NCBI GenBank assembly: GCA_965203515.1
Contig: OZ241907.1
Span: 320,001-384,000 of the forward strand
DNA from: Spirochaetia bacterium
GTDB lineage: Bacteria; Spirochaetota; Spirochaetia; SZUA-6; Bin103
Direction of reading: 5' to 3'
Length of the DNA stretch: 64,000 bases
The position numbers and the translations under genes are program-made. This document shows, in pieces, positions 38,308-49,500 of the stretch. Position 1 is the first letter of the stretch. The number at the start of each line of letters is the position of its first letter. The notes beneath the pieces were generated by a model, which had not been told where the DNA came from, searched no databases, and was given only the letters and a program-made list of their open reading frames with translations.

Positions 38308-38991
38308 TCAGGCGCGGCGCGCGGACAGCCGGAGATCGAGCGGATAGCACGACGGCGCGCCGGCCAGGCTGCGGAGCGGGTACTCCCGGCGGCCGGAGGC
38401 GGCGATGCCGGCTTCCAGCCACGCGGCGGTTGCGGCATCGTGCACGGCGATCTTTGGCGCGGGCGCGAAGATGCCGCGTTCGCCGGTCTCGGCCAGCACG
38501 CCCCAGCCGACGAAGGAGCGGACGATGCGTTGCGCGGCGCGCGTCACGGTGCTCCGGGCGCCCCAGGACTCGGTGGTGCGCCGGACGATCTGGGCCAGCG
38601 CGGCGCGGCCCTGCAGAGCAAGGAGCCGGCCGGTCGTTGCGGCCACGTCGCGAAAGAACGGATAGGTGGTCAGGCACATGCCCCAGTGGACCGGCAGGCG
38701 GTCGCGGCCGGAGCGGCCGCGCAACAGGTCGATGCCATCGTTCCGCAAAGGAACGAGTACGTCCGGGACCAATACCCAGAGATGCAGCAGCACGGTCATG
38801 GTCTTGCCGCGCGCGCTGTGGGAGCCGCCACCCGCCACCTGCCCGTCGAGCAGCCGGTCGAGCCGCTTCCGTATCGCGGCCGCGGGCAGACCCTGCGCCG
38901 CCCAGTCGGCGGTCGCATCCAACCAACTCAAGCTGAGCTTGCGATCGAAGCCGATGATCGGGGTGACCGATCTTCTCGGACGTGTCGTCAG
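38308..38991 (-). CDS. BREX type 3 BrxA-like protein, orphan, start codon uncertain
   Basis: IIGFDRKLSLSWLD, RGKTMTVLLHLW, HWGM...YPFF, GRLLALQ, WGARSTV.RA..R..RS...WGVL. The frame extends upstream of the track start to a CTG overlapping the rpn stop. Confidence 0.55.
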   Translation of the reverse strand: MTTRPRRSVTPIIGFDRKLSLSWLDATADWAAQGLPAAAIRKRLDRLLDGQVAGGGSHSARGKTMTVLLHLWVLVPDVLVPLRNDGIDLLRGRSGRDRLPVHWGMCLTTYPFFRDVAATTGRLLALQGRAALAQIVRRTTESWGARSTVTRAAQRIVRSFVGWGVLAETGERGIFAPAPKIAVHDAATAAWLEAGIAASGRREYPLRSLAGAPSCYPLDLRLSARRA

Positions 38992-39257
38992 GTCCCGTCA
39001 CCGCCTGTCGTCGGCGCGCCGTTGGGTTGGCTCCTGAGCTGCCGGTACTCCTGCTCGCTGATCCCGGTTGCCCGCTCGATCACCGACCACTCGACGCCGG
39101 TCCGCAGGAGACCGTCGATCGTCTCCAGACGCCCTTCGCGCTGGCCTTCGCGTTGGCCTTCCAGACGGCCCTCGCTCCGGCCCTCGCGGTGCCGTTGTTC
39201 GGCAATCGCGCGCATCTGGTCGCGCCCTTCCTGGCGCAGCCGCTCGCCGCTCGTCAT
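38988..39257 (-). CDS. Putative intragenic RpnS small protein (89 aa)
   Basis: AGGAGGGGAG directly upstream of in-frame TTG-ATG starting MTSGERLRQEG. Confidence 0.6.
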   Translation of the reverse strand: MTSGERLRQEGRDQMRAIAEQRHREGRSEGRLEGQREGQREGRLETIDGLLRTGVEWSVIERATGISEQEYRQLRSQPNGAPTTGGDGT

Positions 39258-40001
39258 CAACTCCCCTCCTGCCGCCGTGCGGCTCAGTATCTCGCCCATC
39301 TCCTCGGGCGTGTCCTCAGGTCCTGTCTCCAGGATATACCGCACAAACATCTTCATGTCGTCCTGTCCGACGCTTCCTTCCCTCTCCAGGTCGTCTAGCA
39401 GCGGCCCCATCCGCTGCCGCGCCTCCCGCACCGCGCGGCTGAAGGCATGCATCATCGTCAGTTGCAGCAAGCGCGCCCGGACGCTGCCGGCCGCCTGCGC
39501 CGGCGACACCTGAGTCTGGTCGAAGAGCAGGTGCTCGAACCGGGGCAGCCACGGCCAGTCCCGCGTTGCCGCGGGGAACAGGTCAACGAACTGAGGGGAT
39601 GGCCGCCAGCCGGTGGGACCCTGGTAGAAGACCAGCGGCAGGATCGGGCGCAGGTAGCCGGCATCCTTGTGGTGCTGGCGGTCGCGCTCCCAGATGCGGC
39701 AGCAGTAGCCGAGCAGGCGGAGGCGCAGCCAGAAGTCCGGGGTGGACTGGTGCTCAAACAGCAGGTAGAGCCAGAGCGCGGCGCCGGGTTCGGAGTAGCG
39801 GATCTCGAACAGCAGGTCGGACGCGGCGCCGCGGAGGTCCGGGGTGACGAAAGAGGCGGGGTGGCGCTTGAGCGTGGGCCAGTGCAGGGAGCGGCGGAGC
39901 GGCGCGGGCAGCCGGGCTTGGAGGAATGACGCGGCTTCCGCCGGAGCGCCGAACACGCGTTTGAAGAGATGGTCGTGGGGCTGGTGGATGGCCATGCCCA
40001 T
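38988..40001 (-). CDS. Rpn family recombination-promoting nuclease / YhgA-like putative transposase
   Basis: PHDHLFKRVF, SDLLF, YLLFEHQS, PILPLVFYQG, C-terminal EGxx repeats and IERATG; alternative start at 39995. Confidence 0.9.
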   Translation of the reverse strand: MGMAIHQPHDHLFKRVFGAPAEAASFLQARLPAPLRRSLHWPTLKRHPASFVTPDLRGAASDLLFEIRYSEPGAALWLYLLFEHQSTPDFWLRLRLLGYCCRIWERDRQHHKDAGYLRPILPLVFYQGPTGWRPSPQFVDLFPAATRDWPWLPRFEHLLFDQTQVSPAQAAGSVRARLLQLTMMHAFSRAVREARQRMGPLLDDLEREGSVGQDDMKMFVRYILETGPEDTPEEMGEILSRTAAGGELMTSGERLRQEGRDQMRAIAEQRHREGRSEGRLEGQREGQREGRLETIDGLLRTGVEWSVIERATGISEQEYRQLRSQPNGAPTTGGDGT

Positions 40002-40083
40002 TACAACGGGCCGGCCGTCGGTGGCGCTTCAACGCACGGCGGTCACGGCCGCCGAATCGATCACCACGGGCCAGCCGCCGCCG

Positions 40084-40260
40084 CAGACGGTCAGGAAGAG
40101 CCGGTCGTGCGCGCCGGTGTCCCGCTCAGCCATGCCGGCCGCTCCTGGTGAACGGCGGGTGACCGACCTCCTCAGGCGTGTCGTCAGGTCCCGTCGCCTG
40201 CCGCGGCCGCGCCGTTGAGCTGGCTCTTGAGCTGCCGGTACTCCTGCTCGCCGATCCCGG
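40084..40260 (-). pseudogene. Rpn remnants: C-terminal fragment plus downstream junction (40157-40260) and N-terminal stub (40084-40133)
   Basis: GIGEQEYRQLKSQLNGAAAAGDGT* vs GISEQEYRQLRSQPNGAPTTGGDGT*; AGGAG + MAERDTGAHDRLFLTV resembles HDHLFKRVF. Confidence 0.7.
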
Positions 40261-40524
40261 GACCGGATCGCGGCAACGGGGTCGTCAGTCACGTGCCGTT
40301 CGGCACGGCGATCGGCGCGTGAGCGCATATCCCATGCTCCGATTCTCTCCGATATTCATACCATGATGATGCCTGATGCGTCAGGTGTCGAGCTCGGCGT
40401 CCTGACGGCGCTGGATCGTGTAGTGCGGACAGGAATGTTGTGATAGGCTGAGCGTTCCGTCCGCAGGTACTGAGATGAGGGCAGCAACGGATGGCAGATA
40501 CTCGATGATGGCACGCTCTTTGTT

Positions 40525-40539
40525 GGGGGGGGGGGGGGG
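40525..40539 (+). repeat. G15 homopolymer in the 5' coding end of the giant gene
   Basis: 15 consecutive G counted directly. Confidence 0.95.
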
Positions 40540-43500
40540 TGCCTCATTATCGCGTAACGGCGCGCGCCGGGAGAGGCATACCCGGCGGCAGTGCCGCCGC
40601 CGCGGCGGCACTGGTCGCGCTGCTGAGCTTGGCGCCCTCGGCCGCCGCGCAATCTCCCGCGCTCTCCTTCGGCTCGGCGGCGGTGGAGAGCAAGCTCTAC
40701 GATACCGGCACCGCCATCACTCCCATCGTGCTGCCGGAAGCGACCGGCGGCGCCGGGACCCTGAGCTACACGCTCTCGCCGTCCACGCTGCCGCGCGGCC
40801 TGACCTGGACCGCCTCGACCCGCACCATCGCGGGGACGCCCACCGCGGTCACCGCCGCCACCACCTACACTTGGCAGGCGACGGACGGCGATGGAGACCG
40901 CGCCACCCTGACCTTCTCGTTGCGGGTGTGGGCACCCGCCGGGCCGGCGGTCGACGGGACCGGCGTGCGCCTGGAGACCGTGAACGGACGCACCAAGTAC
41001 AACTACTGGCCCGGCGAGGCGATCTGGTTCCTGGTCCAGTATCCTGAGAAGGTAGCGGTCACCGGGACGCCGCAGGTCACGCTGGTCGTCGGCGACCGGA
41101 AGCGCAAGGCCGATTACAGCGCCGCCGACACGGCCTGGTTGCGGTTGGCGACGAACGACGACCCCTACGACCTGCTGATCTTCACCTACACGGTGCGGGC
41201 GGACGACTTCGACGGCGACGGCGTCGCGGTCCCGGCGGACGCGCTGAGCCTGAACGGCGGGACCATCCGGGCGGTGGACGGCGGCGCCGACGCCAAGCTC
41301 AGCCTGGGAACGCACGCGGTCGCGAACGGCGACGCGACCAGCGTCCAGATGCGGGTGCGCGATACGGCGCCTGCCTTCTCGCAGTCGGCGAGCGCCGCCA
41401 ACCGGTCGTTCGCGCTCAACGCGGCGACCTCCACCACGCTGCCCCGGGCCACCGGCGACGGCGCGCTGACCTACGCCGTCAGCCCGGCGCTGCCGCGCGG
41501 CCTCTCGCTGGCGAGCGCCAGCCCGAAGATCACCGGCACGCCCCGGGTTGCGGGCGCGACCACGCACACGCTGACGGCGACGGACGCCGACGGCGACCGC
41601 ACGGCGCTCGGGCCATTCACCATCACGGTGGCGGCGGCCAGCGCGCCGAAGCCGAGCGCGCTGACGCTCAGTCCTCCGCCGGGCTTCGACGGCGACTACG
41701 CCGCCGGCGAGGTGATCCGGGCCTTCGTCTCGTTCGACAAGGGCGTCACGGTCACCGGCGCGCCGCGGCTGGCGCTCACCATCGGCGCCAACACCCGCCA
41801 GGCGTCGTACCACGCCGCCGGCAGCGACTCGGACGACCTCTCGTTCCGCTACACGGTGACCTCCTCGGACTTCGACGGCGACGGCATCAGCATCGGCGAC
41901 GCCGCGCTGACCCTGAACGGCGGCGCCATCGCCGGCACCGCCGCCGGCGCCCCAGCCGCGGCGCTGGACCTCAGCGGCTACGCCGTCGCCAACGCCGCCG
42001 GGCACACGGTGCGCGATACGCAGCCATCCTTCGGAAGCGCCTCGGTGTCCGCCCGGAACTACCCCAAGGACACCGCGGTGGACGAATCGCTGCCGGCGGC
42101 CACCGGCGGCGACGGCACCCTGCGCTACACCTTGCAGCCGGCGCTGCCGCGCGGCCTCTCCTTCGACCCGGCCGGCCGCCGCATCCACGGCACTCCTTCC
42201 GTCCGCGCCCCGCCCGCCACCTACACCTACCGGGCGACCGACGGCGACGGCGACGCGGCCGCGCTGACCTTCCTGCTGGCGGTGACCGACGTCCCGGCGG
42301 TGAGCGCGGTGCGCGTCAGCTCCAGCCCGGCGAGCGGCGACGCCTACGGCGCGCTGGAGACGATCAGCGTGGAGGTGCGGTTCGACCAGGCGGTGACGGT
42401 CACCGCGCCCAACCCCGGCCTGGCGCTCACCGTCGGCGCCCGCACCCGCAGCGCGGCCTTCGCCGGCAAGCCGAACGCGAGCACCTTGCGCTTCAGCTAC
42501 CGGGTGCAGGCATCCGACGATGACGACGACGGCATCGGCGTCGCCGCCGGCGCGCTCACGCTGAACGGCGCCGGCAAGCTGCGCGACGCGACCGGCACCC
42601 GCGACGCGGCGCTCGCGCTCGGCACCCACGCCATCGCCAACGCGGCGGGCCACCAGGTCGACACGCCGCCGAAGATCTCCGGCGTCGCCATCACCTCCCG
42701 GCCGACGAACGGCAACTACGCCGCCGGCGACGTGATCGCGGCGCGCCTCACCTTTACCGAGTCGGTGTTCGTGCGCCGCAATCCGCCGACGGTGGCGCTC
42801 ACCATCGGCGCCAACACCCGCACCGCGACGTGGCACGGCGGCCCCAGCATCGGCGGCCCGAACACCCACACCTTCGCCTATACCGTGCAGTCGTCGGACT
42901 TCGACGGCGACGGCATCAGCATCGCCGCCGGCGCGGTGACCGCCAACAGCGGCTTCCTGGCCCATAGCCGCAATGATCCGAACCGGCGCGCGCTGGTCGG
43001 CCTGGGCAGCCACGCCATCGCCAACGACGCGAACCACCGCGTGCGCGACACCGCGCCGACCTTCGCCGCCGCGGTCGCCGCGCAGCACTACGTGGCCGGC
43101 GCCGCGGCGTCGCTGACGCTGCCCGCGGCCACCGGCGACGGCGCCATTTCGTACCGACTGACCGGCGCGCTGCCGGGCGGGCTGATCTACCGCAGCGCCG
43201 ACCGCCGGATCAGCGGCACGCCGCAAGCGGCCGCCGCCGCCAGCGCGCAGACCTGGGTCGCCACCGACGCCGACGGCGACGCGACGACGCTCACCTTCAC
43301 CATCACCGTGGCCGCGGCCGGCGCGCCGAAGGTATCGGCGCTGACCTTCCTGTCGACGCCGCGGCGCGGCGCCACCTACGCCGTCGGCGAGACGATCGTG
43401 GCGGGCATCAAGTTCGACAAGAGCGTCACCATGACCGGTTCGCCGCGGCTGGCGTTGTCGATCGGTGGCGTGACGCGCTACGCGAGCCTCTTCAGCCGGC

Positions 43501-46500
43501 CGTCGCGAGTCACGCGGTGGCACCATCCGTTCACCTACACGGTGCAGAGCGTCGACCGGGACACCGACGGGATCAGCATCGGCGCCAGCGCCCTGTCGCT
43601 GAACGGCGGCAGCATCGTGCGGTCGAACGACGCGAGCGTCGCCGCCTCGCTGGCGCTCGGCAGCTTCGCGGTCGCCAACGCCGCCGGCCACAAGGTGGAC
43701 GGCGGCACCAACCAACCGCCCGCGGTGCGCTCGGTCAGCGTCGACTCCTGGCCGGTGGCGAGCGCCGGCTACGCCGCCGGCGACGTGATCCGCCTCAACG
43801 TCGGATTCTCGGAACCGCTGGTGGTGACCGGGTCCCCGCGCTTGGCGCTCGGCATCGGCACGAACACGCGCCAGGCGGCCTTCGACCGCGCCGCGCACAA
43901 GCAGCTCTACTTCCGCTACACGGTGCAGGTCTCCGACCACGACGCCGACGGCATCAGCGTCGCCGCGAACGCCCTGACGCTGCCGGACGGCGCCGCCGTG
44001 CGGGACGCCGCCGGCGCCGACGCGGCGCTCGGTCTCGGCTCCCGCGCGCTCTCCAACCTGTCGGCGCACAAGGTCAGCACCCCGCCCAAGGTCACCGGGC
44101 TGGCCATCGTCTCCAAGCCGCAGCAGGCCGGCACCTACACCCGCGGCGGCGTCATCACCGCGCGGGTGACCTTCGATCAGAGCGTCACCGTGAGCGGCAG
44201 CCCCGCGCTCGCCCTTACCATCGGCGCCGATACCCGCGCGGCGACCGCCGCGGCCGGCAGCGGCAGCGCGTACGTCGACTTCAGCTACACCGTGGCCGCG
44301 GCGGACGCGGACGCCGACGGCCTCGGCATCACCGGGGCGGCGCTGACGCTGCCGAGCGGCGCGGCCATCCGGGATGCGGACGGCGCCGGCGCCGTCCTGG
44401 ATCTCGGCAGCTACGCCGCAACCCGCTTCGCCAACGCCAAGGTGGACGGGAGCAAGACCGGCCTCTGGCCGGACTTCGGTTCCGCCACAGGACCCGACCT
44501 GTCGATCGGCAAGAACGTCACCGTGACCTACCTGCTCGACCCGGCCTGCGGCCCGGTGCCGATCGGGTGCGCCCTGGCCGCCTCGCACACCGGCGACGCG
44601 CCGCTGGCCTACACCGTCTCGCCGCCGCTGCCGAGCGGTCTGAATCTGTACCGCGGCACCGCGGTCCTGGTCGGCGCCGCAACGGTGGCATCGCCCTCCA
44701 CTAGGTACACGCTGACGGTGACGGACGCCAACGGCGACACCGACACCCTGACCTTCACCCTGGCGGTGACCGGCGACCGCCCGACCGTCCACGGCGTGAG
44801 CTTCCGGTCCAGCCCGGCCGCGGCGAGCACCTATGGCCGCGGTGAGGAGATCCGGGTGGCGGTCCGCTTCCGGCGGCAGGGCGGCGGCGCCCTGGCGGTC
44901 ACCGGATCGCCCCGCCTGGCGCTCCGGATCGGCAGCGTGACCCGGCAGGCCGCCTACTACGGCGTCAGCGGCGACGGCGTGCTGTTCCGCTACGCCGTGC
45001 AGGCGGCGGACCGCGACGCCGACGGCGTCTCCATCGCCGCCGGCGCCCTGACCCTGAACGGCGGCGCCATCCGCGACCGCGCCGGCAACGCGGCGCTGCT
45101 CGGCCTTGGCCGCCACCGCGTCGCCAACCACGCGTCGCACAAGGTGGACGGCGGCATCAGGCGCGCGCCGAGCGTGACCGGCGTGACCATCTCCACCTCG
45201 CCCGCCGCGGGCGACACCTACAGCCGCGGCGAGGCGATCGAGGTCGCGGTTCGCTTCAGCCAGGGCGTGGGCGTGACCGGCACGCCGCGCCTCGCGCTCG
45301 GCATCGGCAGCGCCGCCCGCTACGCGAACTACGACCGCGCGGGCGCTACCTCGGCGACGCAGTACTTCCGCTACGTGGTGCAGCAGGCCGACGTGGACGC
45401 CGACGGCCTCAGCATCGGGACCGGCGCCCTGACCCTGAACGGCGGCGCCATCCGCAACAACCAGGGCACCAACGCGGCGCTCGGCCTGGGCCGCCATGCC
45501 ATCAGCAACGCTGCCAACGCCAAGGTGAACGGCGCCGTCAACTCGCCGGCGATCGTGACCGGCGTGGCGATCACCTCGCGCCCGGCGAAGGGCGACACCT
45601 TCCGTCTGGGCGAGGAGATCCGGGTGCGGGTTACCTTCAGCAAGGCGGTGGTGGCGAGCCGGCGCACCTACCGGCAGGGGAACCCGGGCTGGCCGCGGCT
45701 GGCGCTCACCGTCGGCAGCCGGACGCACCGCGCCGCGCTGCGGACCAGCACCTCATGGGGCCCGCAGCCGGCCGGCACCACCCTCGCCTTCCACTACACG
45801 GTGCAGGCCGGCGACTACGACGGCGACGGCCTCGGCATCGCGGCGGCCGCGCTCGACGCCAACCTCGGCAGCATCCGGCACGGCGGCGTGGACGCCAACC
45901 TGAGCCTCGGCCGCCACGCCGTCTCCGCCGCGGCGTTCAAGGTGGACGGCCGCCGGCCGAGCGTGTCCGGGGTGAGCATCACGTCGCGGCCCGGCGCCGG
46001 CGACACCTACGCGGCGGGCGAGGTGATCCACGCGGCGATCACGTTCGACATGCCGGTCCGGGTCCCGGTCGGACCGTACCCCGGCGGCAGTCCCACGCTG
46101 GCCCTCGCAGTCGGCCGCCACACGCGGCAGATGACCTACACCGGCAGCGGCGCCAGCGCCATCGGGTTTCGCTACGCGGTGCAGGCCGGCGACCGCGACC
46201 CGGACGGGGTCAGCGTCGTCACCCGCGGCGGGCTGGACCTGAAGGGCCTGGCGATCACGGCCGCGGCGAGCGGCAACCCGGCGGTGACCGACCTCAGCGG
46301 CTTCACCGGCCACGGCGGAGCCGGCCAGAAGGTGGACGGCGCCGCACGGCCGCCGGTGGTGAGAACCCTGGTGATGAGCAGCCCGCAGCGCGGTTCCACC
46401 TTCGACCGCCACGAGGAGATCGGCATCAACGTCCGGTTCAGCCAGGACCTGACGGTGACCGGCACCCCGCAGTTGTCGCTCGTCATCGGCTCCCGGACGA

Positions 46501-49500
46501 AGACCCTGAACATGGCGCGTTCGTTCGGGTCCTACCTCCGGTTCGTATATGAGGTGCAGGCCGGCGACGCGGACGCCGACGGGGTGGTGGTGCCGGCCAA
46601 CTCGCTGGCGTTGAACGGCGGCACCATCCGCAACCGGCACGGGGTGGACGCGGCGCTGGGCCACCTGGTCTACCGGCCCCCGTTGAACGTCGACGGCGCG
46701 GCGAATCATCCGCCGGTGGCGATCCGGGCGGGGTTCGCGGGCCGCCCGATCGGGGGCGTGTACGGCAGGGGCGACATGATCGACGTGGTGGTCAACTGGG
46801 GTAAGCGCGTCACCGTGACCGGCACGCCGCAGCTCGCCCTCGACGTCGGCGCCGGGACCCGGCAGGCAGCGCTGCAAAGCGGGAATCAGCTCTACAGCCG
46901 GTTCCGCTACGTCGTCCAGGCGGGCGACCTCGACAACGACGGCATCGGCTTCGGCAGCGGCGCGCTGACCTTGAACGGCGGTTCGATCAGCGGTCCGGGC
47001 GGCACCACCGCCAACCTGACGCTGCCGGCCGCGGCGACCGACGCCAATCGGCGCGTGGACGGGCGGATCCTGCCGCAGCCGGCCTTCACCGGATCGGTGA
47101 CGGCGCGGACCTGGACCGTCGGCTCCAGCGTCAGCTACGCGCTGCCGGCCGCCACCGGCGCCCGGGGGACCATCGGCTACGCGATGCGGCAGCGGCTGCC
47201 GGACGGCCTTGAGTTCTCCGCCGCGTCGCGGACCATCACCGGCACGCCCACCACCGTGACGCCGCGCGCCACCTACACGCTGCAGGCCACCGACAGCGCG
47301 ACCGGCGCCAAGGGCACGCTGGACTTCTCCATCGAGATCACGCCGAACGCCGCCCCGGTATTCATCCCCGCCACCTTCGACGCGCAGGTCTACGTCAAGG
47401 ACGCACCGATCGCCCCGGTCGCGCTGCCGGCCGCCACCGGCGGCAACACGCCGCTGAGCTACGCGCTGACCGGGCCGGGCGCCACGACCACCCTGACCCT
47501 GCCCGACGGCATCTCCTGGACCCGGCCCTCCGGCACGAACACCGGCGGCACCCTCTCCGGCACGCCGACCGCGGTGGCCGCCCAGGCGACCTACACGCTG
47601 ACCGCCACCGACGCGGACGACGACGCGGCCACGCTCACCTTCACCCTGGAGGTGCAGGACGACGCAACGCCTGCCTTCGGCACCGCCACCATCGCCAACC
47701 AGTCGTGGAAGCGGTACCGGGCGATCACCGCGTTCACGCTGCCGGCCGCTACCGGCGGCAACGGCAGCCTGTCCTACGCGCTCTCCCCGGACCTGCCGAC
47801 CGGCGTGACCTATGACACCGCCCACCGGGTCAGCGGCACGCCGAGCGTGGCCCTGGCGGCGACCTCCTACACCTGGACCGCCACCGACGCCGACGGCGAC
47901 ACCGCGGCGCTGACGTTCACCATCACGGTGGCGGACAACAGCCTGCCGGCATTCCAGGTCCTCGCCCCGAAGGACCGCGTGTATACGCGGTACAAGCAGG
48001 CGGGCGGCACGCTGCCGCCGGCGATCGGCGGCGACGCCCCGTTGACCTACACGTTGTCGCGCGCCCTGCCGGCCGGCATGGCGCGCAGCGCCAGTCCGGG
48101 CAGGACCCCCGGCGGACCACCGGTCGACACCGCCAACCGCAGCTACGCCGGCGCGCCCACCGCGGCCATGTCCAAGACCTCGTACGCCTGGACGGTTACC
48201 GACGCCGACGGCGACCAGGCGGTGTGGGACTTCACCCTCACGGTATTGGACAACGGCGCGCCCGACTTCGGCGCCGCGGCGGTGGCGGACCAGTCGTGGA
48301 TCCGGCGCCGGACGATCACGGCGTTCACGTTGCCGGCGGCCACCGGCGGCGACGGGAGCGTGTCCTATGCCCTCTCGCCCGCCCTGCCGGCCGGGGTGGC
48401 GAAGGACGCCGGCCACCGGGTGAGCGGCGCTCCGGACGCGGCGCTGGCGCGAACCGAATATACCTGGACGGCCACCGACGGAGACGGGGATCAGGACTCG
48501 CTGACCTTCTACGTGACCGTGGCGGATCGGCCGGCGGCGGCGCTGGTGCTGACGCCGGCGACCATCGACGAGAGCGGGACCGGCAATGCGACGACGGTGA
48601 CCGCGACGCTGGACAAGGCGGCGAGCGCGGCGACCACGGTGACGGTCTCGGCGGCGGCGGGAACCAACGCCGAGGCGGGCGACTTCACGTTGAGCACGGC
48701 GAAGACGCTGACCATCGCGGCGGGCGCGACCACCAGCACCGGGACGGTGACGATCACGGCGGTGGACAATGCGGACGCGGAGCCGGACAAGTCGGTCACC
48801 GTGTCGGGGAGCGTGGACAACGACGACGTGGCCGCCCCGGCCGCGGTGACGTTGACGATCGCCGACGACGACCGCCCGTCCACGCCGACGCTGTACGTCG
48901 ATTCGCCCAAGGTCGCCGAGGGCGGGCCGGGCGATCCCTCGCAGTCGAACTCGCTGACCTGGACGGTGACGCTGGCGCCGGCGAGCGACCAGGAGGTGAG
49001 GGTCTCGATCGCGCTCGACCAGGAGGCCGGCACGGCGACGGCGGGGACCTACCAGCGCGCCGCGGAGGGAGCGGACCACGGATTTCCGTCCACGCCGCAA
49101 CTGGTGTTCCCGCCCGGGGAGACCAGCCGGAAGATAAAGGTGTCGGTGCACGGCGACTCGACGGCGGAGCCGGACGAGACGGTGGTGCTGGCGCTGAGCG
49201 GCCCGGTCAACGCGGCGCTGGACGCCACCTCCGCGACCGGCACGATCCTCGACGACGATACGCCTGCGGTGACGCTGGCGGTGGCGGACTCGTCGATCGC
49301 CGAGGCCGGAGGTACGACGACGGTGACGGCGACGCTGAGCCAGGCGTCGGGCGCGGCGACCACGGTAACGGTGACGGCGGTGACGGGCGCCTACACCGTG
49401 GGGTCAGACGCGACGATCGAGATCGCGGCGGGAGAGACGGCGAACGCAGCGGACACGGCGACGATCACGGCGGTGAACGACGACGTGGACAACGTGGGCG

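Noticed and set aside
40371..40380. GCCTGATGCG resembling an enterobacterial REP half
   Set aside because: Single short match with no REP array or RAYT gene.
40356..49151. 1790-aa and 1132-aa minus-strand ORFs
   Set aside because: Low-complexity GC-rich shadows with no motifs; the + strand encodes recognisable domains.
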